Source: the human T2T-CHM13v2.0 reference genome, Homo sapiens. From it: a stretch of 64,000 nucleotides of DNA. Under the pieces are notes generated by a model that was not told the origin of the DNA, did not search any database, and saw only the letters and a list, made by a program, of their open reading frames with translations. The stretch's first letter is position 1. Every line of letters starts with the position of its first letter. The stretch lies in the NCBI RefSeq assembly GCF_009914755.1, contig NC_060926.1; one strand, given 5' to 3'. A program made the position numbers and the translations under genes. Of this stretch, positions 12,916 through 26,900 are shown one piece after another.

Positions 12916-13142
12916 ACAAACGCAGTGATGGGAGTTCTAATATATACTTCTATTGTGGTTTGAGAAACCAAGACTAAGGTTAATATAAAATCTTATCCAG
13001 GACAAACAGAATTAAAAAGCAGCTGTGCAAATGCATTTCAGCCCCCAACTTGCACTTGCATTTCATCTTCCAACATCTTATTGGCCAATGCAGTCGCATG
13101 CCCAATTTCAAAGCTTGCCCTCATGAAGTCACATCAAGAGTG

Positions 13143-13350
13143 TGATATATACATATATAGATATAGATATATCACATGTATAGTATATATTATGTATGAT
13201 ACATTATATAATTATTTTAATAATTATGTCAAATACATAATATATGACTACCAAATTATTAATAGTTATATAATCAGTATATTAACATAACAATTATTAA
13301 TATAATTATTCTATTAATAGTCTAATAATTACAGTAAAAATCTATAATAA
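13143..13350. repeat. AT-rich low complexity / (TA)-rich
   Basis: atatagatatagatatat..., repeated taatta/tata motifs. Confidence 0.6.
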
Positions 13351-14358
13351 TTTTGTTTTTTTCTGTCATTTCTTACTTCCTATTACATTGTTACTGGTTA
13401 ATTGCATTATTCCCAATTCTTTGTTCTCCTGCTATATATGTTATATATGTCTGCCACATAGAATATATATATCACAAAAAAAATGTAAAGAAGGCACAAA
13501 ATAAACTTGCATGAAAAAATCCAAACACATCAGTAGTCAAAAGGAAATAAAGTAGTTAAAACACATGTTTTCAGACTGAAATAAATATAAATCTATATGC
13601 TGCTTAGAGAACTATATTAGTTTACACAATGCTTAATATTATTGATTTGTATGTTTTCATGTCTGTAACAATAAACTGTGTTGCATAATATAAAAGAGAA
13701 ATGCCTTCACTTATATACTATATATGTTCCAGAAATGTATAAATATCTAGTTGCATTTAAAAGTTTTGGAACCAATCCTTTCTTAAAAAAGAACTCTCTA
13801 TGAATTGTTTGTTAAATTAGGAATATTATTAATTTATCATTTTAAATTGTACTCTTCTCCGGAAACCATATTTAATTCTTTTTCTTATTTCCAGGAGAGC
13901 ATATTTCTACCAACTATTGTTATTCAATAAATGTTTAGAAGTCTTGGTTAGCTGATAATCTCAACATTCCAGAGAAAAGTAAATTCAGAGAAAGTAAGAG
14001 CTGTTGGAGTTGGAAAGGGATGGATTTCATAAAGATTAAAATTTAAAACATCAATTTTACAAATGAAGAAACCTTAAAGAACATTTTTCATTTTGTATGG
14101 CATTTTAATCATCATAATTTTCTAAATTCCTGTCTGGTTGCAAATTAGAACCATTAAATTAAAGTTAGAAGAAAAAAAATTCTACCAAAATACATAAGCA
14201 GACAAAGACGTATATATGTATAAGAATGTCATTTACAGCATTCTTTCTGTATCTCCAATACCTGAATATCTATTGTTTGGTTAAATAAATTATAATGTAT
14301 CCACACAATGGAATGGTAATTGGCCTTTAAAAATGTGAGATGTGAGAAAAAGACTATG

Positions 14359-14420
14359 CATGTGTGTACACATATACACACATGCTACTGGTGTGTGTGT
14401 GTATGCGTATTTGTTTGTGT
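14359..14420. repeat. Degenerate (CA)/(TG)n microsatellite
   Basis: tgtgtgtacacatatacacac...gtgtgtgtgtgtatgcgt. Confidence 0.6.
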
Positions 14421-15374
14421 GTTCTGTAATGTTATACACCAAATTGCTATCAGTGGTAAGGACATGACTCTGGTGGTAGGAGGTAACTGGGAGATGTGGT
14501 GAGGGGAATACTAATTAGACTGTGGGGAGGACGCCTTAATTTTATCTTTCTATATCTCTCTTTTTCTCAAAATTTGCAATATGCTTTTCATCATGAAAAA
14601 AATCAAAATGGGAAGTAAAATATCAGAGACAGCCTACACTGATCATTTTTTATGAGTAAGGTGATGCAGGAAAAGCATTAATTAAATGAAACTGCCTTAC
14701 ATCAAGTAGTACCAGACAATAGAAAAGGGAAATCATTTAAACCTTATTCGTTTATGCATATCCTATATTTTTCCAAAATAGAGTACCACCAAAACATCTA
14801 AATAATTCAAAAGTGAGGAAATAACAGAGAGGAGATACATTTTTTGAAAAGTAAAACTAAAAAGAGCTGGTTTATTACAAAATGCATATACTGGAGATCT
14901 ATCACATTTGCTAAAATTGGGCCACAAATGTGGTTCTAATATTTCTAACAGCCAGACCAGATAAAGAAACATGATTCACAGTGTTCATTAGATAAAAACA
15001 AATCTATTGTTGGGAAGCTGTAGCAGTCATTTTGCATCAGCCTGAGGGCAGAGAGGATAACTGTTAAAGCTTCTTTCACATGTCATTCAAATGCTAAACT
15101 TAACTGTAGAAAGGTCCCAATATAAAATTACAATAAAAGCCAGGTTGTCTAAAACATACCTATTTTAAAAGTTACCAATGGGGAATACCTCAATCTTCAA
15201 GGTTACACGGGGCATTAATTAATTTCGGAAAGGGTCACACTCATGCAAAAGTTTGTTTTGATATTGTAGTATTTCAACTTTGAAATAACTCCTGTCTTCA
15301 ATATACTGCTTACATTGTTTATGTGTTATGGCTACAAATTTTTATTAACTGTAGTTTTCACTAGCCATTTCATG

Positions 15375-15498
15375 TTATTATTTTTTGAGACAGAGTCTTG
15401 CTTTGTCACCCAGGCTGGAGTGCAGTGGCACTATCTCGGCTCACTGCAACCTTCGCCTCCTGGGTTCAAGCATTTCTCTCGCCTCAGCCTCCTGAGCA
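15375..15498 (-). mobile_element. Alu right-arm fragment
   Basis: ttttttgagacagagtcttgc...cctcagcctcctgagcag. Confidence 0.9.
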
Positions 15499-17399
15499 GT
15501 CATACTATTTTTGCAATAAATAGAGGGTACCTAAAACATCCAAACCAAGTTGTTTGTTATCAACTTGAAAGTGGAACCATAATATACTTAATTCCTCAAT
15601 ACTTTACTATGTGGAATATTTTTGGTAGAAAAAAAGATAAGATTCCACTTGTATATTGGGAAATTTTATTTCTGTCAATATCAAGATGATGGAATAAATC
15701 TTATTAGTCAGTCTTCAGATGTATGTTGGGCCTTTATTCTCTGCTCAGAATGCTGCTAGGAATTGTAGGAGGAGAAGAGGGGCAAAGGAGATGTAAGAAG
15801 TGGTCCCTATCCTAGTTTGGTTTGCATATTAGAGGGCAAAGGCTTTGGGATAGCATTCTAAGCTCTGCCGGGCCAGGTAGATAGCACTGGTCCAATTTGT
15901 GGTGGATAAACATCACAAGTCAGTGTTTGGAGATGAATATAATATACCTAACATCTATATAGTGCTTTAATATTTACAAAATACTCGCCCTTATGTTTGA
16001 TCCTCTCCGAATCCATCTGCTTAGAGGAAACCACAAGTTTCCTCTTATTTTCAAATCTCCCAGCACATATAAGTGGAAACTATATATCTGGCTTTCTATA
16101 CACCCTTTACATGCTGTTCAGTGAATCATGTTGACAAAATAAATGTTTATTATGATCTGTAGAGTTTAGGAAGCTGAGGCTGAGGAGGGTTGATATTTAA
16201 CCTAAACCACTCACTGCATTTTGGAGCTGAGATTTAAACTGAGCTTTGCCCTCCTCTAAATCCAGCAGTGTTCCTGCTTGTATTCCACAGTGCTAGGACT
16301 CTTATCAACCTTGCTGCTGCTCAGACTTGAGCCTTCTTACTTGGCTTCTGGGAACCTTTGTAAGGGGTGTTTGCATTCAGGCTCAAATGCCTAGCCACAG
16401 TGAATCTTCCAGAGAGATATGTAAAAGAGGGAGCCTGAACATCTTCCTATCTTCATAAAATTAAGATTGAGCAATAAGATGGAGAAAAGAGAGGCCTGAT
16501 GCTTTTCAGTCTACCTTGAGCCCAGGCCCAGGGAGGTCCACCACTGAGCCTCCCACCTGCTGTGGTTTGGTTAAATGAGCCAGTATAAACTCCTTTTCTT
16601 GCATGTGCTAGAATTGATTTTCCTTTATTTGGATCTGATAGAGCCCTGACTGATAGAGCTTTATGAGTTAAATAATGCAACAGATCTAAAATGGCTTCTG
16701 TTTACTGTACAAGCAAACATTTTGAGTTAGACTTTGCGTTGATGTGTTGACAGTTTAAGACCTTTGGTTTTCAAAAACATAAAAAATAGCCTTTAAAAAA
16801 TGGCTGAAAAATATCAAATGTCAGTGAATAGAAATGTACTTTTGTTTTTAGAGTACCAGTAAAATTATTCTTCTAACAATAATTACAGAGGTTAAATTAT
16901 TTGTGTGAAAAGTAAAATAATGGACACATTTGAAATTAAAACAATTGTTGGTGACATTTTAAATTTATAATAAAGGTCAAAATAAATTTTCTTCCATTTG
17001 ATGTTTTTGAATAATATATGGAGACTTAGTGTGCAAATACAATTTTCTGCCCGTAAGGTAATGTGGTTGTTATTTTTGTTGTTATTTTGGTCTGATGACT
17101 TTTAGTCACGCCAGTAAATGTAGTTAGGGCACATGAATCTTCAGGTCGTATACAAAGTCATTAACATTAATAGCCACATTCTGAGCAGTTTACAAAATGA
17201 AGAGAGGGAATTTAATAAAGTCATTATAATGGATAACCAATTTGCTCTGTGAATAAAAAGGCATTTAGATGTTATATTTATAAAAATAAAACAAAAACAC
17301 TTTCTAAGCCACTTTTGAAAAATATGTAAATTACCTAGAAGTACTTTTTTTGTTTGTTTTAATTTTGGCTCCTAGGTAAGTACTGAGATGCTTTTGGGA

Positions 17400-17560
17400 A
17401 AATAGGATACACTAGAGAGTCTGGGTCCAAATCTCACACTTTCTACTTAAATGATTGTAGACAAATTTATCCAACTCTGTTTCCTCATCTGTAAAATTGG
17501 GTTATAAAATTCATGGAATGGTGCTTGGCTTATAGTAAAAACTAATAGCTGTTAATATCT
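17400..17560 (+). mobile_element. MIR relic
   Basis: ctgggtccaaatc...ctctgtttcctcatctgtaaaattggg MIR core. Confidence 0.65.
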
Positions 17561-18477
17561 TATGATATGACACAGCTGAATCAAGTAGTTTTTATGTGCT
17601 TTGCTAATTAAATAATGGCGCTATAAAATTCATGACTTTGAATTTTATCCAAAAGATCAGATTCTGTCCCTTCTCTCAGCTTCCCCATCATAGCTTTCCC
17701 TGTCTGAAAAACAGCCTGTCTATCAGCTTTGTACCAGAGAGGAGTTATCAAGGAAACAAAATATACAGGTGCATAAACAGTCTTAGGAGACTGAAAATTC
17801 AGGTGCCTTATGAAGAAGAAAACAGCGGCAACAACAAAAATCCCTTAACTGTTCATAGTTTTAAATATTAAAACTATTCATGTTTGAACCCCTGTTGGAT
17901 TTGTATAATGGTCTTGGGGAGAAGATGCACCAGAGAAATGTAAGAATTAGCAAGTATCCAGAGAGATATGGTACACTTAGCTAAAGCGGGCTGTGGGGGT
18001 GGGGGTTGGCGGGGGGTTCACCCTTTCCTGACTTAACTTGCTAGAACAGTGGTTAGCCAAATGCCTTAAAATTGGACATGTGCTTCTAGTTTCACATAAG
18101 CCTTGCTGCCCCTATTATGTTGTAGCTGGCACGATTTACATGTTTATTTTACCTCCTGATTCGTGAAGCCCTCTGAATGTTCAAAGTCTGATCTAAAGCC
18201 ACATCTATCACATTGTAGACATTAAATAGGACTCCCTATGGTATTTAAATCAACATTCAACACAATGGCTACCATTTCACCATAAGAAAAAAAAGAGTTT
18301 AATGATTGACCCTCGAGCCTAAGCAGTCAAGCAAATATAAAGTTAAAATGGAGTTTCACTCGTCTAGAACAGTATTTTATCAGTTTATATTATGAGAAAT
18401 TTAGATTACAAACCTGTATACAGTTCTATAAAATGCATGTTTTGCTAAAAACTGATTTTATAAATAGCTTAAACTGA

Positions 18478-18650
<173 letters not shown>

Positions 18651-18987
18651 TGAATTTCTAATTCTAATTATAATTTAGAGTGGAATTTAAATATTTCAAT
18701 TAAGAGTAGTAATTCTCATCATATTTGTTTTTCTTCAGAAAGGGAAAGTCAATTGCCTTTTTTTTTCCATTCCAAAAATAAACTATTGGAAAGATTTTTG
18801 AAAATCCACTGTGGCATCCTATTTTCTTTCCTAGTACTCATGGCCAGTTCCTAGCGTCTTCTTCTCTACAGTTTTACTTGTATTACCTGCATCCCAGACT
18901 ATTACATACACCCTTAGCTGATCTTCCTGCCTTGTAAACTTTCCTTATTCAAATTTGCTGTTCTCCAAGGATACAAAATTTTCTTTA

Positions 18988-19228
18988 AATAGGAGGAATA
19001 AGTTCAAGAGATTTGTTGCATAATATGATGACTGTAGTTAATAACATATTGTATTCTTGAAAAATGTGGATGTAAAGTGTTCTCACCACAAAAATGATAA
19101 CCATGTGAGATAATTCATATGTTAAGTAGCTGGATTTAGTGATCTCATAATATAAATGTTGAAAACATCATGGTGCACATGATAAATATGTACAATTTCA
19201 TCTGTCAATTTAACTATTAAAAAAACAA
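18988..19228 (+). mobile_element. L1MA (about L1MA5-8) 3' UTR fragment
   Basis: aggaggaataagttcaagagat...aagtgttctcaccacaaaaatgataa...aaaacatca...A-tail. Confidence 0.8.
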
Positions 19229-20784
19229 ATTATACGACACTGGTCTTTGCTTCCAGGTTAATATTGAGAAAACACATTTTCCTTGATCAATATCTAATAT
19301 TATCTCTCAAAGTATTTTTTCTACCTGCAATTTAATTGGAAAATATGACTCCTTCATAAGCCAGAGTGATTTCTGCTTTCCTGAACTTTGGGTCACTCCT
19401 TTCTCTCACAGCCACTTGGCAGTTATCCATGCCCACATTGTATCATAGTAATTTCCGATATTCTGTGTGCATTCCGGTCCTCAGCATATAACTGGGCTGG
19501 TGTGATGGAAAATGCCAAGTTCAGTACTTTGTAGATTATAAGCAGTCAGTACATTTTATATTGAAATTCTGATATTGTGCATTTCAGGTCAGCAAATTCT
19601 CTCCATGTTGTCTGTGAAGCTTTAGACAGAGTTTACTAAAAATATCCTATACTTTCACCTAAACACTGGCAGTGACATGGTTTTACCAAATGTATCTTTT
19701 TAGAATCTTGTGTAATAAATAGTAGATTTTGAATGATAATATGAGAATATGAAGAAATTTTAAAGCAGACTCAACTGATTGTCACCTATTATTTAATGTT
19801 AATATCCTAATTTTCTGCCAAATTTATAATAAAATGTAACATTCTAATTTCAAAGAGGAACGAAAAGGTTCCTAGTTTATGCAGAGACTGAATTTTCAGT
19901 ATCTCCATATTCTTAGTTAATGCATCCCAGACTCTCCGATGTTTCTTGCTGTGATGGGTGCATAAACCTTGACGTTTGATGCCATTCAGCCTTATCTCAA
20001 TTCTAGGTTTCTTCCTCAGCTTGCTAACTCTGTCTTGCAATCTATCTAGGTCCCTAGATAAATGAAAATTATAGTAGAAACAAATGAGGAATTGTTTAAA
20101 GGAAAAAAAAACAAAAACACTGAAAGCAGGAAAGATACAGAGCATGCATTTGATTGGAAGAGAGATTCAGAGACAGCAATGGCAGGAGACCCAAATGGCT
20201 TATGAGTGACTAAAGCAAGGACTGTCTATCTACTCTATTCCAAAAATGAGCATATACTAAGTGCTCTAGCAATCAATAGCTTTGATAAAAATAAATATTT
20301 TTGAAATACATAGGGTTAACAATGGAAAAGGCATGTTTGAGACCTCATCATGTCTCTTATATCTATTTTTATTTCCTACCACTCCCCACAGACTCTTCTC
20401 CAGGTCTGTCATGATACCAGATGAGCACAGTACTTCATAGATTATAAGCAGTCAATAAATTATGAGTAGTGTCCACAACTAGTTTTTAGTGGAAGTCAGA
20501 GATTTTTGGGACATTTAGAACAGTGTTGTTGGGCAGTGAAAAGGATCTTTTAAAATCTTATTCATGTTCTATTATTCTGCTATTTTCTTTCCATTCCAGA
20601 TCATTATTAATCCTAGGAGTTGAAGCAGGTTTTCTAATCTCTGGATGCATTTTATAGATGGTTGGGGAAAGGTAGTAAACCAAACATGAACATGTCAGGT
20701 AATTTTAGGATTTAACTTCAGCCTCTGTTGCAGGGACTGATCATTTAAGGTCTGTAAACTCGTTTATGATCACAGATTTACATA

Positions 20785-21250
20785 TGGTAGACACTATTAG
20801 CTGCCCATTCTTCAGCCATTCCTCTAGCCTTTCTTGTCAATGAGTCCACCATCTCCTAGAAAGGCTAAAATGACCCATATTCATTTCCCTACTTTTTGAG
20901 GGAGATATCATCTCATCAGGAGACCAATTTTTGCTTGGGAGCATCTAGAAAGTCTTTTTTCATGCAATAAAATGAGATATTCTTCTACCTGCATTTATAT
21001 ATGATTACCTAAATAGAGACAGCCAACTTGTGACTGTGAAACAACAACCTAAACACAAGAGTAATCATGTGGAGGATGGGACAACTGAATTGAAAACACT
21101 AGTGTCCTGGATAATAGCTATTTTCTGGGATATTTACCAACCCTGGAACCATTGACTTTCTGATTTCTTATAAAATGAGATAATAAGACCCTATTATGCA
21201 AACCGCTTTTGGTCAGCCTGTTACTTGCATCTCCAAAGTATCCTTACAAA
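20785..21250 (+). mobile_element. Old MaLR LTR (MLT1J/K-like)
   Basis: tggtagacact...cagccaacttgtgact...ggaggatgg...tgagataataa...tgttacttgca. Confidence 0.5.
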
Positions 21251-21679
21251 GACAAATGGAATCCAAGTTTGGCTACTCTTAGGTGGCGGCATAAAATTGT
21301 TCATAGGGCACAATTCTAACTTCTTAGACTCTGAGTTCAACTTTGCTTTTTGGGTTTTTGTATTTGGATTCTGCTATTCTGACTGGATTTAGGTTACTGG
21401 ATTATCTGTCTCTGCCACAAATGACTTGTCTGGTTTAAATTTCTTCAGTGCCAGTGCTTGTTACATACACTAGGATCCTTTCACTTTTTGACATGTTTAT
21501 CAAGCAGGACTTTAAAACAGTAAATATTAATTTATATACAAAGAAAATCAGTGTTTGAACTTATATGGATGAAGTATGCTTTGACTTAATGATGTAGTGG
21601 TATTTCTTGCTAGACATTTGACATATTTTGGAATAAAAGTTGCTCTGGTCACTTTCATTGTAGAGTGATATTTTGGAAG

Positions 21680-22271
21680 TGTCAACAAAAAGAGTCAAAC
21701 TCTGTAAAATATTTGAAGAGATTTATTCTGAGCCAAATATGAGTGACCATGGCCCATGACACAGCCCTCAGGAGACCCTGAGAACATCTGTTCAAGGTGG
21801 TCAGGGCATAGCCTCGTTTTATGCATTTAGGGAGACACGAGACATCAATCAAATACATTGGTTGTCCCACCAGAAAGGTGAGACAACTTGCTTCCAGGTT
21901 ATAGGTAGAATTAAAAATTTTCATATTGGCAATTGGTTGAAAGAGTTATTATCAATAGAAAGGAAAAGGAATGTCTGGGTTACTATAAAGAGTTGTGGAG
22001 ACCAGAGTTTTATGATGCAGATGAAGCCTCCATGTAACAGGCTTCAGAAAACATAAATTGTAAATGTTTCTTATTAGACTTAAAGAGTCATTTCTATCAG
22101 CAGTTCTGAAAGGGAGGAGGGTATAATGAGGCATGTCCATCTTCCAGCCCCCATGATGGCATGAACCAGTTTTTCTGGTTAAATTTGGATTGCCCTGGCC
22201 GAGAGGAAGAATCTGTTCAGATGGTTGGGGGGCCTTATAAGTTTTTTTATTTTGTTTTGTTTTTGTTTACA
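21680..22271 (-). mobile_element. MER4A-like complete solo LTR
   Basis: TG...CA termini (tgtcaacaaaaagagtcaaactctg ... gtttaca); 4-bp TSD GAAG at 21676-21679 and 22272-22275. Confidence 0.9.
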
Positions 22272-23324
22272 GAAGGCATTGCTTCATGATAATGAATCTG
22301 AGATGGGAGTCAGCCTGGTATAGTGGAATGTTCAAACTCTAATATCCATTAGAGTCACACCAGCTTACAGTAACATTCTGATCCCACTACTTGATTGACA
22401 CATAAATTTGGCCAAATCATCTTGCTGCATTAATCCAGATGCAATCATGTTGAATTGCTACCATTCTGAAAATATTATTTTGAGAAATAAATGAGATGCT
22501 ACATAGAAAGTACTGGTGCATTGCTAGACACATGCTAGGTGCCAAATAGATAGTATATCAACTCTTCAGCACTCTCTGCAAATGAGATTGAAATGAGGAA
22601 TTTCAGCTACTCTGTGAACCTGCTGGTTTTATTTTATTCCATACTCACAACCTGCATGATGCTGTAAATGTGTCTTGTTTTCTTATTGATCACTGTACGT
22701 TTTTTGAGAGAAAGAATTCAAACTCATTCTTTTCAGGACAAAGCATAAATAAAGTATCAGTAATTGATACTTCTGTGGGAATATAGAGATCATTCTGGTC
22801 AAAGCAAAAATCAGACACATAGACTGAAGACATAATTTGAAACATCAGAACCCATAGTCTGTGCCAGGTCCAAACAAAGGTGGTAAAATCAGAGATATAG
22901 TTTGGATTCTGAAATAGTGGAATGTATGGAAGTTTGATCACTTGTGGTGGTAAAATCGCAAATTAGAAGCATTTCAGAATGTTTGACAAAGTTTACATAG
23001 ATAATAGACAACAAGTGTAAAAGCAGAGTTGTTAATAATATCTAGTTTTAGGAAATATTTGTGTAATTCTTTGTCCTACACTGTTATAATCAATCAGGAT
23101 CTGTATTATTTCTTTTTTTGCTATTCCAACTTTTGTTCTCCCATATTATCCCAGAAATAATTTTCCCATGTCACTGAAAAGAATAAATCAATTTAAAAAC
23201 AGTAAAAATAGTAAAATAAATATTTTACTTAACAAAATTATCTTCCTTTGGAAAACACGTGATGAGAATTGAATTTTTATGGCATTTTTAATATAGCACT
23301 AAAATTTCCTGAACTTGCCATTAG

Positions 23325-23960
23325 AAGAGCTGGAGTCAGATATTTAGTGTCTTACCAATTGTATGATCTTGGAAATATTTAGAACTTACATTGGACCTAT
23401 GTATCATCATCTATAAAATAAAGGTTGTTTTACCTGCTTCAGAGAATGACTGTATTAAATAGAACATATGTGATATGGTTTGAGTATTTGTTCTGCCCAG
23501 ATCTCATGTTGAAAGGTAATCCCCAATTTTGGAGGTGAGGCCTGAGTTCTCATGAGATATGGGAGGTGTTTGGGTCATGTGGGTAGATTCTTCAAGGTTT
23601 GTGGCTGTCCTAATGATAGTAAATGAGTTCTCATGAGATGTGGTTGTTTAAAGTAGGTGGCAACACCCCTCCCCTTTTTCCTCCTTCTCTGGCCATGCAA
23701 CATGCCTGCTCCTGTTTTGCCTTCTGCCATGAATAAAAGCTCCCTGAGGTCTCCCTGGAAGCTGAGCAGATGCCAGTGCCATGCTTGGACAGCCTGCAGA
23801 ACCATCAGCCAATAAAACCTATTTTCTTTATTAAGTACCCAGTTTCAGATGTTCCTTTATAGCAACACAAAAACAGCCAAACACAGAAAATATGTGAAAG
23901 TGCCTAGATGTTCAGATCTTGGCACAGAATAGGCACATAATAGATATTCGCTGAACCTAA
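23325..23960 (+). mobile_element. MIR relic split by the MST LTR
   Basis: ctggagtcaga...catctataaaat upstream; atgtgaaagtgcctag...ggcacagaataggcac downstream. Confidence 0.55.
23471..23885 (+). mobile_element. MSTB-like solo LTR
   Basis: tgatatggtttg...gaagctgagcagatgccagtgccatgctt...ccaaacaca; ATATG at 23466-23470 and 23890-23894. Confidence 0.85.
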
Positions 23961-26900
23961 ATGTGTTATTCTTAAATTTGGTATTTGTCTTTTCCAACCC
24001 CATTTTTCCCACCCTTGCAGAAAATCAGAATGTTTATCTTTCAAAAATATGTTAGTCCTATAGTAATTCTATTTTCATTTATCTTATCAAGTACTAAAGC
24101 TAACCTCAGGCGTAGGTAATGTGTTTCAGTGGGTTCTGTTTTACTATTTTTTCTTGTTTCGTCTTCCACACAACTTTTCTTTGTATTCCCCTCCTCCCCC
24201 AATTGAGTCTCTATGATTTGCAGCTTTGGCCTGCAACCCCAATACATCTATTTATTTTGCTCACTAAGGATATTGTGTAGAATGAATACTAATTAGGTAG
24301 TGAATATACTTCTGGGGATAGCATTATGGAACTCGGTTTATAACAGTATCAGGATACAGATGGCATGAGCATTGTGAGATATCATTACTTCCATGGGTAG
24401 TATAGAGTATGGAGTACAATGATGAAGCTAAAAATTAAAATAGGCATTTCTACTGTACGCTTTTCAAATGAGAATACATTTCTGCTAATGGGAAAGATTG
24501 TAAAGAATTCCCATTGCTACTCTGGGATTCAGCATCTTGGAATCATGCCTGGAAATAATGCATTGAAAAGATTGTATGAGATTATGGCCAAAGTGAATTG
24601 TTGCCACATTATTGGCAAATTCAGTGAGAAATTGGTTTTCCTTGAAGTTTAAAGGAGGTAGGTTTTAGCAATAGTTCAAATGGCTTTATAGAGTTTATTC
24701 ATTTTTTACTTCATTTGGATATTTAGAAAACTGTTCTTGGCTCTGATTTTCTTTCTTCCTCTTTTCTTCTCTTTCAGTAGTACACATTTAGATTTCAGCT
24801 TATTTATTCTAAATCTAACCAAATGCTTCATACCTATGGTTTACATATCAATACATGCAAATTGATGGTTATCTAAGATAATATTAATAATGTACATGAT
24901 ATGAAGAAATTGCCAAAAATGTTTGTTATGTGATCATCACCAACACCATTAAGAAAGATACTTTAGTGATCTTGTGCTATATTTCTGGCACTGTGCCAGG
25001 TCATTTAGGCTTTACAGAACATGATGAAAATAATTATTTTACTGATGAGAAAGTAGGGACTTTCAAGTTTACATTTGTTTGTTGTCTAATTACTATTTTT
25101 ATCATAATATTTATGTATGTAATCACTCTAGGTTTATAATAAATAACAGTTAAGTGTGTATAATACAGTTAAATTATATTAGAATATTGTAAGCATTCTT
25201 TTTAAACCATTTCTTGCCAATATATGAAATAGGGGAATAATAGTTACCTGGAGTAATTAGATGTAGGAAACTAGCTTAGTGTGCACATTTTTAAGTGACT
25301 TCTTCAGTATTAAAAAAGTAGTGTTTTTCTAATCACTATATAGATATATACATTATTTATATTCATCTGGGTATATACAATTATATATTTTTCCCTGAAT
25401 GCTAAAGTGGGTGCACTCAGTGGGCCACGATGAATTATTATCACTTTCTTTGACTCTCTTTCATTTAGAATGTTTTATACAATATTAAAAAAAGAATATT
25501 AGGACATGACATTTCTTTTTGAGACAAAGATGTTTCCCGTTTATTAAGTGCATTTGTACTTAATAAACTTTCCAAAAGAATTGCTCTTCTATAGTTCAGT
25601 TTGGGACCCACAGAAGCAAGAGTAGGATTACTCCATGTTTCAGGAGCCTCAACTTTACTATTCAACAAGGATTGCAATTCGAGCACCATCTGCTTCACAG
25701 CTGAGAATCATTAAGCTTCAGCAACATTTCCCCATCTCAGCACCTGACTTCTGCCAAGCAAGTAGGAAGTTTTGCCTTCACCTTCACCTTTCAGCAAATT
25801 ACTCAATTAGTAAATGGGTATATGCTACCATTTAAACTCCAAAATGTAGTGACTCTTTTTAGCTGAAAACAAACCACCATTGGTATCTAAATTAACATTG
25901 TATTTTGCTGATGATTTCTAAACTTGAATTGTTTTTAAATGCTACTTTTCTACTTAATTTTTCCTAACAATTTATGATGTAAAACACATGGTACATTCGG
26001 GAGGAAAGCATGTTGTTTCACTTTACCTGACCAATGTTGGCATGATCAAAGACATTCACAAATGTTCACTTTTGTTGGATTGCTGAGTGAGCATATTTGT
26101 GTGATGTTAAAGGAATGAGCTTGGGCTGTATGTTGCCACATATGGTTTGCATTATGATAAATGAATGTTAATAGGAAAAAAAAAGTAAAGCATTGGAAAC
26201 ATGAGAAAACTCCAGATTTATTTCTCTTTAAAAGAAAGTTTTTATTTTACATCTACCAAGACAGGACATCTTTGTAACAGGGCATATACTACATTTTTAT
26301 CATTAAGTAATTATTATCTGCTGCTTATTCTATTAAATGAGTTAAGTGAATATTTTCCAGCACTCAAAATGTGTTTACATTTTATGGATAGTCTCATAAT
26401 TTTAAAACTGATTATTTTAATTTAGGCTTTTTGGTTTTCTCAATATTAATGTCAAAATTGAAAATACAATGTTTTTAAAGTGTGCTTTGCCTGCACTTTG
26501 TAAACTATGTAACTGGAAATTCTCTTATCTCTCTTTATAGTTTATTCTTCTCTTTGATATCCCTGCCAGATTATACTAGGAAAAAAAAAAAGAATACATT
26601 TTAAATTGCAGTAATGTAATTCATATACATTGAAGCAGTTGGTTTTTATGTATGTGAGAAATATATCTGTCATTAATATATAGTAAGTTAAAGTTTTATT
26701 TTAAAGGCAAATATGGACCTCAATTAGTGATAGTAAATATGTTTTAAATAGGACATTTCTCCAGTGGAAGAAGTAAGCTTTGAAACATAAAGATGTGCAG
26801 AATTAGGATGAATTGTTTTATAACTGAGATTTTTATAATTTTGGATCACTAGAAAAGTAAGTATATGCACTACAGCATTTAATATTTTCTAATATGCAGA

